From: Candidatus Faecimonas gallistercoris
GTDB lineage: Bacteria; Bacillota_I; Bacilli_A; RF39; UBA660
Assembly: GCA_018712565.1 (NCBI GenBank)
Contig: DVGU01000057.1
Location: forward strand, 1 to 52,789
Reading direction: 5' to 3'
DNA: 52,789 bases
Shown: one piece after another, positions 10,499-19,944 of the stretch
Layout of the letters: each line of letters opens with the position of its first letter
Numbering within the stretch: the stretch's first letter is position 1
Translations under genes and position numbers: made by a program
Notes under the pieces: generated by a model
Databases searched by the model: none
Told to the model about the DNA's origin: nothing
What the model saw: the letters and a program-made list of their open reading frames with translations, nothing else

Positions 10499-10981
10499 AT
10501 GCTAGAAGAAAAAAGAAAAAATATTTTCAACTTGATGAAAGAATTACAAGATAAGCAACATAAGGAATTACATGAAGTAATACCCAAAATAGATGATGGA
10601 GTTAATTTAGATGATTTTTCAAAAAATCATAGTAATAGGGATTTGAAAGATGTTTATATATTTAAAGATGATATTAATAAAGGTAATATCTCCTTTGGGT
10701 TATACTTAATAAATTATGAACACACCGATCCTATTGCTTTAGATAAAGATTATCAGCCATTACCTTTAAATAAGAGATTATTATTTGAGTATGGTGCAGT
10801 TGTATCATTCCCAGTTGGTAATTATGATTTAGATATTTCTGGAGTATTTGGTGGTATTGAGGAAGATAAAGAAACTGCAATAAATAAATACAATCAATTA
10901 AGACAATATATAAATATGATGTCTGAAGAAAAACTTTTAGATGCTATTGAAAAAAACATTTTAAAAGAGTTAAATTGTTAA
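10499..10981 (+). CDS. Hypothetical protein
   Basis: ORF with AGAGGA RBS before ATG at 10499; no motif recognised. Confidence 0.7.
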   Translation: MLEEKRKNIFNLMKELQDKQHKELHEVIPKIDDGVNLDDFSKNHSNRDLKDVYIFKDDINKGNISFGLYLINYEHTDPIALDKDYQPLPLNKRLLFEYGAVVSFPVGNYDLDISGVFGGIEEDKETAINKYNQLRQYINMMSEEKLLDAIEKNILKELNC

Positions 10982-11001
10982 AAAAGTGGTTATTTTAAAA
11001 G

Positions 11002-11076
11002 CGACATAAAAAAAGCATAAAACGACATGAAATAGACATGAAATAAACTTGACTCCATCTTGTCAAGTGGTATAAT
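11002..11076 (+). promoter_or_regulatory. SigA promoter with upstream direct repeats and a palindromic operator over the -35
   Basis: GACAT(A/G)AAA repeats including GACATGAAATA twice; TTGACT 11049-11054; TG-n-TATAAT 11071-11076; ACTTGAC-N8-GTCAAGT palindrome 11047-11068. Confidence 0.7.
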
Positions 11077-11150
11077 AATGTAAAATAAACAAATTATGCA
11101 AAGAGAGAGATTATTTCTTTGCTTTTTGTTTATTTTTTTAATAAAAACTA

Positions 11151-11179
11151 TTGACACTTATTTCTAAAACCGTTAGAAT
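11151..11179 (+). promoter_or_regulatory. Second SigA promoter
   Basis: TTGACA-17 bp-TAGAAT. Confidence 0.65.
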
Positions 11180-11320
11180 ATAAGGCAATTTATTTGTTGA
11201 TGTAATGGCAGATGCTATTATTAATAAAATTTAGAGTTGTTAGGGTAGAAAAAGCAGTATCATTTCTATTTTGAGAACAGTTACTGACTTTTTCGCCCCT
11301 TTTTTATGAAATGAGGTTAT

Positions 11321-11449
11321 ATGATGATTTCTAGTAAAAAAGGATGTTCTTCAGCCGGCTGTTTAAGTGTAAATAGTTGCTATAATAATGCGAGTATTTT
11401 TAAAGTCTCTAAAAATAACGTATTAAGAATTATAAAGAGAGAAAGTTAA
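11321..11449 (+). CDS. Possible 42-aa leader peptide
   Basis: GAGG RBS, MMISSKKGCSSAGCLSVNSCYNNASIFKVSKNNVLRIIKRES; its stop lies inside the following hairpin. Confidence 0.35.
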   Translation: MMISSKKGCSSAGCLSVNSCYNNASIFKVSKNNVLRIIKRES

Positions 11450-11496
11450 GGGCTTTTGCCCCTCTAATTTTCCCTCTTTTATTTTATATTGAAAGG

Positions 11497-11982
11497 GTGG
11501 TTACTTTGAATACAAATTATGAACAATGTTACGAAGAAGAATATGCAGACAATTTTACATTAACAAAAGAAGAAATGGTAGGCTATGATATACTAGCGAC
11601 TTATGAAAAAGTTATAGAAAAGTTAAGAGAACTAAAAATAGCTAGAAATAAGTTTATTAATGGCTATCATGTTAGATTAACTGCTAATTATAGACCAAGA
11701 TTAGAACAATTCTCTAATAATGTTTCTGACCCTGTTGGTAAAGCAGTTGAATATAAACTTGATAGTGAGCAAGCCTATAATGAGTTTAATATTCAACTTA
11801 ACAAATTATACTCTATAATGTCTAAAGAGGAAAATGCATATATTAATGATTGCTTATTATGTGGTAAATCAGAGGCATCATTAAGGACTAAATTTGATTT
11901 AGGCAGAGAAGCATTTAATACTATTAAGAATAGTGCAATTATTAGATTTGGTATCGTATTTAATATAATTGTTTATAAATAA
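11497..11982 (+). CDS. ArpU/RinA-like transcriptional activator
   Basis: LTANY segment, helical middle and C-terminal HTH ending ...AFNTIKNSAIIRFGIVFNIIVYK resemble ArpU-family phage regulators. True start may be the TTG at 11506. Confidence 0.65.
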   Translation: MVTLNTNYEQCYEEEYADNFTLTKEEMVGYDILATYEKVIEKLRELKIARNKFINGYHVRLTANYRPRLEQFSNNVSDPVGKAVEYKLDSEQAYNEFNIQLNKLYSIMSKEENAYINDCLLCGKSEASLRTKFDLGREAFNTIKNSAIIRFGIVFNIIVYK

Positions 11983-12093
11983 TAAATTGAAAAGTAACCG
12001 TAGGAGCCTTTTTGGACTCTTTTTTTTGCATTAATTTTATGAGTTTATAGGGATCTCATTGTCAAAAAACTAACTTTGAAAGGAGTGATGAAA

Positions 12094-12129
12094 ATGCACA
12101 TTTTCAATAAACGACAGAAAATACCGTAA
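12094..12129 (+). CDS. Possible 11-aa micropeptide MHIFNKRQKIP
   Basis: Strong GAAAGGAGTG RBS correctly spaced from ATG (in-frame ATG also at 12088). Confidence 0.35.
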   Translation: MHIFNKRQKIP

Positions 12130-12145
12130 TTTTTAGAAAAAATCA

Positions 12146-12185
12146 AAAAAACTCTTGCAAAATTTCTTTTTTAGAGTGATAAATA
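12146..12185 (+). repeat. 40-bp promoter-like element, copy 1 (upstream of transfer operon)
   Basis: 36/40 identical to 37356-37395; contains a TTGCAA -35-like hexamer. Confidence 0.8.
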
Positions 12186-12248
12186 GAATATGTTATATCC
12201 GTTGTCAAAGTGCATTAAAAGGCAATATAACGATTTTGGAGTTAGGAG

Positions 12249-12857
12249 TTGAATAATTATATGACCACTAAAAGAAAGATGCTTAAAAGAGTTATTTTGG
12301 TAATTATAGTATCATTATTTCTTTTTGGTACTGTAATAGGTATAGGTATTATAAATAATAGAGATGTTTCAAAAGAACAATCATCAAAAACACGATTAAA
12401 TTCTGATTTAAAAACAGAAAGAATAACCGAAGAAAAAGAAGAAGATGATAATGAAGAAAAACTTGAAACTGAAAATAAAGAAGAACAAATAGAAGAAAAA
12501 CCAAAGGAAGAAATGCCACAAAGTGAGGCTAATACAAATGAAACATATACAACTCCTAAAAATGATACTAACACTAATAACCAGCAAACAACAACACCAA
12601 CTCCACCACAAACGATAACTCCACCAGTAGTAGAAGAACCTAGTTGCACACCTAAAAAATTTTATACAGTTTTTAGAGCAGACTTTGATTCTATGGCAGA
12701 ATGTAATAGAGTTGGAGAACTTTATAAAAAAGAATACGGGTATTACGGATATTTTTGCGATTATACTACTGATGACTGTGGTGTTATGTACTATATGTTG
12801 ACTATGTTTGATGGAAATAATAACTATATTGCTTATCCAGATATTCCCAAGCCTTGA
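12249..12857 (+). CDS. Membrane-anchored surface protein with low-complexity stalk and Cys-containing C-terminal domain
   Basis: N-terminal TM, E/K then T/P-rich linker, four Cys in the last 70 aa. Confidence 0.8.
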   Translation: MNNYMTTKRKMLKRVILVIIVSLFLFGTVIGIGIINNRDVSKEQSSKTRLNSDLKTERITEEKEEDDNEEKLETENKEEQIEEKPKEEMPQSEANTNETYTTPKNDTNTNNQQTTTPTPPQTITPPVVEEPSCTPKKFYTVFRADFDSMAECNRVGELYKKEYGYYGYFCDYTTDDCGVMYYMLTMFDGNNNYIAYPDIPKP

Positions 12858-12870
12858 TAGGCTTTTTTCT
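12849..12870 (+). terminator. Rho-independent terminator inside transfer region
   Basis: AAGCCT-TGAT-AGGCTT followed by T run. Confidence 0.7.
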
Positions 12871-12893
12871 TTTGGTAAAAATAGGAGGAATTT

Positions 12894-15383
12894 ATGAAGA
12901 AGATAAAAAATAAGATAATTAATGGTTTGATGTTATTGTTGATTGGAATTTCATGTGTGCCAACAGTAAATGCATCAACATATAATGAAACTTTTAATGA
13001 TAAATCTCAATGGATAAGTGGAGATTATATCTTAAAGGTAAAAGGAAGTACAAGAAAATACCAACAGATGACAGTAATTACTAGAAATTCCGATGGAAGT
13101 TTCGTTTACTGTATTGAACCTGGTACTCCAGTTTCAGATGGAGCTGTTTATCCAGGACAAGATTTTGACCAATCCTATGTAGGACAGATGACACAAGAGC
13201 AATGGAGAAGAATTACTTTGCTTGCATATTATGGTTACGGATATGGAAACCATACTGACATACATTGGTATACTGTAACTCAATATTTAATATGGCAAAC
13301 AGTACCTCATGGTTATGACATTTATTTTACTGATTCACTTAATGGAAATCGAATTACTAAATACACAAATGAAATTAATGAGTTAAATCGTTTGGTAGAA
13401 GAACATAATATTAGCCCTAATATAACTAATGATACTATTGATATGGTTATTGGAGATACAGTAGAATTAACTGATTCTAACAATGTATTAAATAAGTTTG
13501 AAGTTGTTGATACTGATAATGTTAGTGCTTCTATTAGTGGAAACACATTAAGTATCACTGCAAATGATGTTGGCGATGGTAGTGTTACTATCAGTAAAAG
13601 AGATAAAAATTACTCACATCCTGCGATTATTTATTATCATCCTACATCACAAGATTTAATGATGAGAGGAGCTTATGATCCGATTGATGTAAATTTAAAA
13701 ATTGAAATCGTAGGTGGTAAGGTATCAGTAAAAAAAGTTGACATGGATACTGGCTTGGGCATTGCTCAAGGAGATGCAACTTTAGATGGTGCAGTATATG
13801 GCATTTATGATTTAGAAGGAAATAGAGTAGGCGAAGTAATTTCAAAAGGTGGAGAATATGTAACAAGTGATTATTTACCATCTTTAGGTACGTTTTATCT
13901 AAAAGAGGAAAAATCATCAACTGGATACGAACTTAACGAAACCAAGTATTTTTTTAATATTACGAAAGATGACTTGTATCCAGAGGTAGATGTTACAGAG
14001 AAAGTTATTGAACGTGATTTAAAAATATTTAAAGTTTATGCTAGTGATGAAACAGGATTCTTAACTGGTGAGCCTAATGTAACTTTTGATATATATTTAA
14101 AGTCAACTGGCGAAAAAGTAACAAGTATTACTACTGATGAAAACGGTTATGCAACAGCAACTTTACCATACGGAACTTATACAGTTAGGCAAGTAAGTTC
14201 AACTGAAGATCATGAAATGGTAGAAGATTTTGAAATAGTCGTAAATGAATATTCAGAAGATCCAATTTACAAGTTGCTTGCAAATGCAGAAATTACTGCT
14301 AGATTAAAAGTTATAAAAATTGATTCAGAAACTGGAAATACTATTCCAGTAGCAGGAATTAAATTTAAAATTTTTGATGTTAAAAATAACGAATATGTAT
14401 GTCAAGTTACAGACAAAGAACAATGTGTTTTTGAAACTAATGATGAGGGGATTTTACTTACACCATTACCATTAGAAAGTGGAACTTATCGTTTAGAAGA
14501 ACAAGATCAAAAGTTAGATGGTTATTTATGGAATGAAGAAGCCTTAACATTTGCTATTGGAGATGATTCTACTTTAATTAATGATGAGGTATTTGGTGCT
14601 ATTGTTGAAGTGGAATTTGAAAATACTCAAGTTAAAGGAAAAGTAGAAATCAATAAAACTGGAGAAGAACTTATCATTGAGGATGACTCTTATCATTATG
14701 AAAAAATTAAACTTGAAGGAGCAGAATTTGAACTTCGTGCAAATGAAGATATAATTGTTGGAGGAAAAACTTATTATAAGAAAGGCGAATTAGTTACTAT
14801 TTTAGTTACTGACAAAGATGGTTATGCAAGTATAGATAACTTACCTTTAGGAAAATATACACTAAAGGAAATCAAGTCTGCTAATAACAATGTTCTTGAT
14901 CCAAATACATACGAGTTTGAACTTGTTTATGAAGATCAATATACTGAAGTGGTATATAAAACATTTACTCTTGATAATAAGTATCCAAAAGGCGAACTTG
15001 AATTTACCAAAACTGATTTAGTAACTGGAGATCCACTACCTGATACGAAAATTGAAATCTTTACAGAAAATGGAGTTAAAGTTTTTGAGGGAAGAACTGA
15101 TGAGAATGGAAAAATCATTATTACTGATTTACCAGTTGGCAAATACTTTATTTTAGAATCAGATGCACCAGATGGTTATATTTTAAACGAGGAGAAAATG
15201 TGGTTTTCTATTACTGAAAACGGAGAAATTGTTAAAGCAGATATGACTAATGAAAAGATTGTTGAAGTTCCTAATACATCACAAGAAAAAGACATTCTTA
15301 TTGAAATTATTTCAGCAACACTTTTATTATCAGGTATAGGAATTATTATTTATGCTAAAAAGAAAAGCAAAAATAGAAAATAA
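12894..15383 (+). CDS. Sortase-anchored adhesin with thioester (TED) domain and SpaA/CnaB repeats
   Basis: Signal peptide, YCIEPG, TQYLIW and QDLM thioester motifs, repeated KxD...GxYxLxE...GY modules, VPNTS sorting signal plus TM plus basic tail. Confidence 0.88.
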   Translation: MKKIKNKIINGLMLLLIGISCVPTVNASTYNETFNDKSQWISGDYILKVKGSTRKYQQMTVITRNSDGSFVYCIEPGTPVSDGAVYPGQDFDQSYVGQMTQEQWRRITLLAYYGYGYGNHTDIHWYTVTQYLIWQTVPHGYDIYFTDSLNGNRITKYTNEINELNRLVEEHNISPNITNDTIDMVIGDTVELTDSNNVLNKFEVVDTDNVSASISGNTLSITANDVGDGSVTISKRDKNYSHPAIIYYHPTSQDLMMRGAYDPIDVNLKIEIVGGKVSVKKVDMDTGLGIAQGDATLDGAVYGIYDLEGNRVGEVISKGGEYVTSDYLPSLGTFYLKEEKSSTGYELNETKYFFNITKDDLYPEVDVTEKVIERDLKIFKVYASDETGFLTGEPNVTFDIYLKSTGEKVTSITTDENGYATATLPYGTYTVRQVSSTEDHEMVEDFEIVVNEYSEDPIYKLLANAEITARLKVIKIDSETGNTIPVAGIKFKIFDVKNNEYVCQVTDKEQCVFETNDEGILLTPLPLESGTYRLEEQDQKLDGYLWNEEALTFAIGDDSTLINDEVFGAIVEVEFENTQVKGKVEINKTGEELIIEDDSYHYEKIKLEGAEFELRANEDIIVGGKTYYKKGELVTILVTDKDGYASIDNLPLGKYTLKEIKSANNNVLDPNTYEFELVYEDQYTEVVYKTFTLDNKYPKGELEFTKTDLVTGDPLPDTKIEIFTENGVKVFEGRTDENGKIIITDLPVGKYFILESDAPDGYILNEEKMWFSITENGEIVKADMTNEKIVEVPNTSQEKDILIEIISATLLLSGIGIIIYAKKKSKNRK

Positions 15384-15984
15384 GCACTTGTTAATTATAA
15401 TAAGTGCTTTTCTTATTCTTGGTAGTATTTTTTTGCTTGTCTATAAATACTATGGTTTATATGAAAATCACAAGCAAGAAGAAAAAAGTATCGAAATATT
15501 TTTTCAAGAAATACCACAAATAGAACAAGAAACAACTGAAGAGCAAGTTGAAGAAGAAAGTAAAAAGGAAAGTGTTATAAACTATATAGCAGTTTTAGAA
15601 ATCCCAAAAATCAGTTTAAAACGAGGTTTAGTTGATAAAAACAGTAAATATAATGATGTTGATATAAATATATATACCTTAAAAGAATCAATATTTCCAA
15701 ATGAACAAACTAATAGTCATGTTATTTTAGCATCTCATTCTGGTAACGGTTATCATGCTTATTTTAGAAAATTAAATAATTTAGAAATGGAAGATAAAGT
15801 TTATTTATATTATGAAAACATTAAATATATTTATGAGATAACTGATAGATATGAGGTTGAAAAAACTGGAACTGTAAGTTTAAGGCAAACAACTGGTTCT
15901 GATATTACTTTAATTACTTGTATTAGTGGTACAAATAAACAAGTTGTCTTTGTTGGCAAATTAATAGAGAAGGAGAATTATTAA
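15352..15984 (+). CDS. Sortase
   Basis: N-terminal TM, LEIPKI, LASHSG (His), ITLITC (Cys). Confidence 0.9.
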   Translation: MLKRKAKIENKHLLIIISAFLILGSIFLLVYKYYGLYENHKQEEKSIEIFFQEIPQIEQETTEEQVEEESKKESVINYIAVLEIPKISLKRGLVDKNSKYNDVDINIYTLKESIFPNEQTNSHVILASHSGNGYHAYFRKLNNLEMEDKVYLYYENIKYIYEITDRYEVEKTGTVSLRQTTGSDITLITCISGTNKQVVFVGKLIEKENY

Positions 15985-15985
15985 T

Positions 15986-16213
15986 ATGGAATTTGAAAAT
16001 AGTGGAATGGGTAGATGTGTTGTTTTAAAAGAAAGCAATACCCAATATACATTAGTCTATGCTATTCAAAGTAAACAATTCATTGTTGTTTCTGATTTAG
16101 ATAAAGAAACAGGTAGTTGGTTACATGGTCATTACTTCGGACATGATTTAGATAGTGCTTTATCTAGCTTTAACAAGGAAACAGAAAAAGTACAAGATGA
16201 CTTGGAAAGGTAG
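15986..16213 (+). CDS. Hypothetical protein ending DDLER
   Basis: AAGGAG RBS, W..GHYF motif, C-terminal tag. Confidence 0.8.
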   Translation: MEFENSGMGRCVVLKESNTQYTLVYAIQSKQFIVVSDLDKETGSWLHGHYFGHDLDSALSSFNKETEKVQDDLER

Positions 16214-16222
16214 GAAAATCAA

Positions 16223-16599
16223 ATGGAAAAAGTTGCAGTATATGCTAGTTTTAAAGACCAAAGTAGAAAGTCGATTGATTTTTTTCTAAACCGAGTAGCC
16301 GATTGGTGTCTTATGAAAAATTACGATTATACTCTTTACTTTGATAAAGTAAAAAATAGGTTAGATTTAGATAGAAAAGAATTAAATGACTTAAAAGAAG
16401 ATATTGAAAATGGAGAATACTCCAAAGTGATAATTAAAGATATAACACAATTATCAAGAAATACAGTTCATAATATGGAATTTTTGCAATTTTTAGAAGA
16501 TAATGACTGCAAAATAGAAAGCATGGATGGAACTGATTTAACTTTATATAAAAAATATATGAAAGATTTAATAAAATGAAGGAGGAAAAAGAAAGATGA
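16223..16599 (+). CDS. Stand-alone resolvase-like catalytic domain lacking the catalytic Ser; stops at 16579 as given, ends EEKER at 16599 if one A is added to the run at 16550-16555
   Basis: KVAVYASFK (cf. YARVS), RKELNDLKEDIENG, VIIKDITQLSRN (cf. DLSRLSRN). The repaired stop overlaps the ssb start as ATGA. Confidence 0.75.
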
Positions 16600-17003
16600 A
16601 TAATGAAAAAGAAAGAGAAGTAAGAAACTCTAAAAATAGTTTTGAATTAGAAGGGAATGTTGCTAATATAAATAACATTTATACCAATCAAAATGGTAAG
16701 AAAATGTTAAGATTCGATTTAGCACAAAATAATAATGGTAATACTCAATATGTCCCTATTGTTTTAAGGGGAGAATTAGTAAATACTTATGGTATTGAAA
16801 TCCAAAAAGGAGACTGGATCTCTGTTAAAGGTAGAATATCTACTTATACTAAAGATGTTGAAAAAGATGGAAAAACATATAAAGATAAAGCAATAGATAT
16901 TTTAGGCTTTGAAATTACTGATAGAAAAAATAATAAAGTTTATACTTCCGATGGTCAAGTTCAAGAATTAAAAGATAAATCAAAAGATGAAATGGAAAGA
17001 TAA
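16596..17003 (+). CDS. ssb: Single-stranded DNA-binding protein ending DEMER
   Basis: OB-fold pattern LEGNVA...RFDLA...KGDWISVKGRISTYT. Confidence 0.8.
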   Translation: MNNEKEREVRNSKNSFELEGNVANINNIYTNQNGKKMLRFDLAQNNNGNTQYVPIVLRGELVNTYGIEIQKGDWISVKGRISTYTKDVEKDGKTYKDKAIDILGFEITDRKNNKVYTSDGQVQELKDKSKDEMER

Positions 17004-17005
17004 GT

Positions 17006-17512
17006 ATGAGTAAGTATCAATATAAAATATTAAGTTATTGGAACAATGCAGATGATTTATATGTCAATTACATTGTAGAAGATACCGAAACTAAAAATAC
17101 AGTCAATGCAATAGAATATTACAATACTTCTGATCTTAGTTGTGATTATAATTCATCTTCAGTAGAGGATATTATAGATTCATTAACAGAACTAATCAAA
17201 GAAAACAATGGATTAGAATTTAATTTACCAAAAGTAAGTGAGGCAAGTCCATTACTTAAATACGTATATGATTATGTTTGTGAAAGTGATGCTGATATGT
17301 GTCATATTGATTATAACGATTGGGAAGAATTAAAAGAAGATGAAGAATTTATTGATGAAGATATTAATACTCTAAAAAAGGAAATTGATAAATACAATCT
17401 ACATAGTTATATAACACTAGATGATGGCGAGTATATGATATGTGGTTATGGTGGTTTACAATGTTGCTTTAATGATGATAGAGTAAAGGAGCATGATGAA
17501 CTTGAAAGATGA
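17006..17512 (+). CDS. Acidic hypothetical protein ending DELER
   Basis: Tightly coupled ORF, D/E rich. Confidence 0.8.
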   Translation: MSKYQYKILSYWNNADDLYVNYIVEDTETKNTVNAIEYYNTSDLSCDYNSSSVEDIIDSLTELIKENNGLEFNLPKVSEASPLLKYVYDYVCESDADMCHIDYNDWEELKEDEEFIDEDINTLKKEIDKYNLHSYITLDDGEYMICGYGGLQCCFNDDRVKEHDELER

Positions 17513-18170
17513 ATTAAAAAAAGGACAAGCATTTATAGGTGTTGATGATAAAAAATATTATTTTCTAGGATTTGATTATGATGACCAAATATTCTTTACT
17601 AATTTAGATTTATGGACTGATAAAGAACAAAGTTATATGACTAAAAGCAATATTTTTATTAAAGAGGTTTTAGATGAAAAATCAGAGATAATTGAAAATA
17701 GTACATGGTATTATCAGTCTATGAAAGAATTAGATAATTCTACTATGGAAGAAAAAATTAAAAGATGCTTGGATATTATTAAAAACTCAAATACAAAAGA
17801 ATTTGAATTAAGACCTACTGAGATAGGTCCATTAGTAAGAGGACAAGCATATAGTAAAGAGTTTAATCAATATTATGAGGTTATCGGTTTTATCGTTGAT
17901 AATAATATTTATTTAGATGCTGAATTAAAAGCTAAACAAAAAGGCTTTTTTGCAATCTATCATTCCAATTGTGAGAGTACAGTACCATTAATATTTGAAA
18001 GAAACTTTAGTGATAAAGATAATTCGTTTGATGGTAAACACTTTGTAGCAGGTAATGATGATAGAGTTGATATTGAAGATGTTATTTGTAATAAAGAATT
18101 AGTTAATTCTTATATGAATGACACACTATCGGATAGATTAGAGAATAACAACAAAGATATGTCAAAATAA
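17493..18170 (+). CDS. Hypothetical protein
   Basis: AAGGAG RBS, overlaps upstream gene. Confidence 0.75.
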   Translation: MMNLKDELKKGQAFIGVDDKKYYFLGFDYDDQIFFTNLDLWTDKEQSYMTKSNIFIKEVLDEKSEIIENSTWYYQSMKELDNSTMEEKIKRCLDIIKNSNTKEFELRPTEIGPLVRGQAYSKEFNQYYEVIGFIVDNNIYLDAELKAKQKGFFAIYHSNCESTVPLIFERNFSDKDNSFDGKHFVAGNDDRVDIEDVICNKELVNSYMNDTLSDRLENNNKDMSK

Positions 18171-18177
18171 AATATAA

Positions 18178-18219
18178 AACTGTGCAATTATTGGGTAATA
18201 GTTGCACAGTTGTTTTTTT
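18178..18219 (+). terminator. Strong terminator upstream of the T4SS genes
   Basis: AACTGTGCAATTATT-GGGT-AATAGTTGCACAGTT 15-bp stem plus T7. Confidence 0.8.
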
Positions 18220-18239
18220 GTATATGAATAAAAGAAAGG

Positions 18240-18530
18240 GTGAATATAATGAGGAATTTTTTAAGTACATTAGCAATTCAACAATTAGAAGGTGGAACGT
18301 ATACAATAGATACTGTTTTAAATGTAATTAAACAAATAACTGACTGGGCATTAGCAGTAGGAATATCCCTTGCTGGTATTGCATTAGTTGTAAGTTTCAT
18401 TATGTATGCAGTAGTAGATGTCGACCAAAAGCCTAGAGTAAAAACAAGAATTTTACAGACATTACTTGGAATATTCGGAATAATTTTAGCCATCTCATTA
18501 GTTAATATTATTATAAAATTATTTACATAG
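18240..18530 (+). CDS. VirB2/TrbC-like pilin
   Basis: 96 aa, two TM helices separated by a basic loop, first gene of the MPF cluster. Confidence 0.7.
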   Translation: MNIMRNFLSTLAIQQLEGGTYTIDTVLNVIKQITDWALAVGISLAGIALVVSFIMYAVVDVDQKPRVKTRILQTLLGIFGIILAISLVNIIIKLFT

Positions 18531-18542
18531 GTGTAATGCTTT

Positions 18543-19931
18543 ATGATGACAAAAGTTTTTGATTTATTACGTAGTCTAGGTTGGTATTTAACAAGTTTTA
18601 TTTATGATTTAATTGATGGACTTTTGCAGATTATAAAAGAACTTAATGCGTTTGATATAATTAACTCATTATCAAGCAATCAAACATTCATAAATTTTTA
18701 TAATGGTGCTATGGCAATAGCAGTAACATTGTTTGCATTATTTATAGTATGGAGATTTGTAAATAAATTGTTAGATCCAGATGAAGAAACAACGTTTAAA
18801 ATGATTATCATGGAGGCAGTAAAATGTGGAACGCTTATTATGCTATCTACATTTTTATTTGTGCAAGTATCTAACTTTTCAATTACCTTATCTAATTATA
18901 CAGGAAATATTTTTGAAACGACCAGCAATTCAAAAATGAGTGATTCAATGCTTACAATGTTTATTTCTTATAGAGATGGTTATAAGAATAGCGAAAAGTT
19001 TGATGAAAGCAAAAGTATATCAGAATTAGTAAGTAGTGGCTCATTTGATAATGATGAATTATATTTGTCAAAATATGTAACTAAATCAAGAGTAATATTA
19101 TCTGATGAAAAAGATTATAAATACGAAATAAATTGGATTATGGCAGTATTAAGTGGTGGCTTTTTCCTATATAGTTTATTCTTTGCTGGAATTATGTTAG
19201 GAAGAAGGCAAATAGAATTTTTATTTCTATTTTCAATAGCACCAATAATATTTGCAACAAGTGTTTGTAATAAGCAAAGGCGAGGTGCAGTTATTGAACA
19301 ATTAGTATCGCTCGCACTCCAAAGTGCAGTTGTAATGCTAATAGTCAGTCTAACAGTAATGGTAATGCAAGAAATAAGTGTTACGACATTCTTTAGTAAT
19401 TCGTTTATGAATATTACAACTAAAGCATTATTATATCTTGGATGTGCGACATTCATCATGACAGGTAGTCAAGTGATTAACAGATTTATTGGCTCAAATG
19501 TAAGTGCAGCGAGTGGTAGAGAACAATTAATGTCATTAATGGGTTATGGCAAAATGGCTGGAATTGGAGCAACTATTGGAGCAGGAGCAACACTTGGTGG
19601 AGCTCTTTTAGGTACTGGTGTTGCTATGAAAGGTGGAAAAGCAGTAGGCTCTCATGCTTTATCTCAAGCAGGACTTGCTTTAGGAGTAATGGGTGCAGTT
19701 GATCCATCTAGTGGACAAACACCAAATAGAATGCAGAGATTTGCTAGTGCTATGGGAACAAGAATGTATATGGCTGGTCAAAAAATGGGAAGTAAACCTA
19801 GTGGCAATAAGTTTAGTGCAAGTGATGCCTTTGTAAATGCAGGAGCAAGTAGTTTGCATAATACTGTAAGAAGAGTAATGCCACGAGCGAGTTATAATAC
19901 ATCTTATTACCGAAGAAAAAACATGATATAG
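18543..19931 (+). CDS. VirB6-like polytopic T4SS membrane protein
   Basis: Many TMs, RQIEFLFLFSIAPIIFA motif, Gly/Ala-rich C-terminal tail. Confidence 0.8.
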   Translation: MMTKVFDLLRSLGWYLTSFIYDLIDGLLQIIKELNAFDIINSLSSNQTFINFYNGAMAIAVTLFALFIVWRFVNKLLDPDEETTFKMIIMEAVKCGTLIMLSTFLFVQVSNFSITLSNYTGNIFETTSNSKMSDSMLTMFISYRDGYKNSEKFDESKSISELVSSGSFDNDELYLSKYVTKSRVILSDEKDYKYEINWIMAVLSGGFFLYSLFFAGIMLGRRQIEFLFLFSIAPIIFATSVCNKQRRGAVIEQLVSLALQSAVVMLIVSLTVMVMQEISVTTFFSNSFMNITTKALLYLGCATFIMTGSQVINRFIGSNVSAASGREQLMSLMGYGKMAGIGATIGAGATLGGALLGTGVAMKGGKAVGSHALSQAGLALGVMGAVDPSSGQTPNRMQRFASAMGTRMYMAGQKMGSKPSGNKFSASDAFVNAGASSLHNTVRRVMPRASYNTSYYRRKNMI

Positions 19932-19944
19932 GAGGAATGAATTT

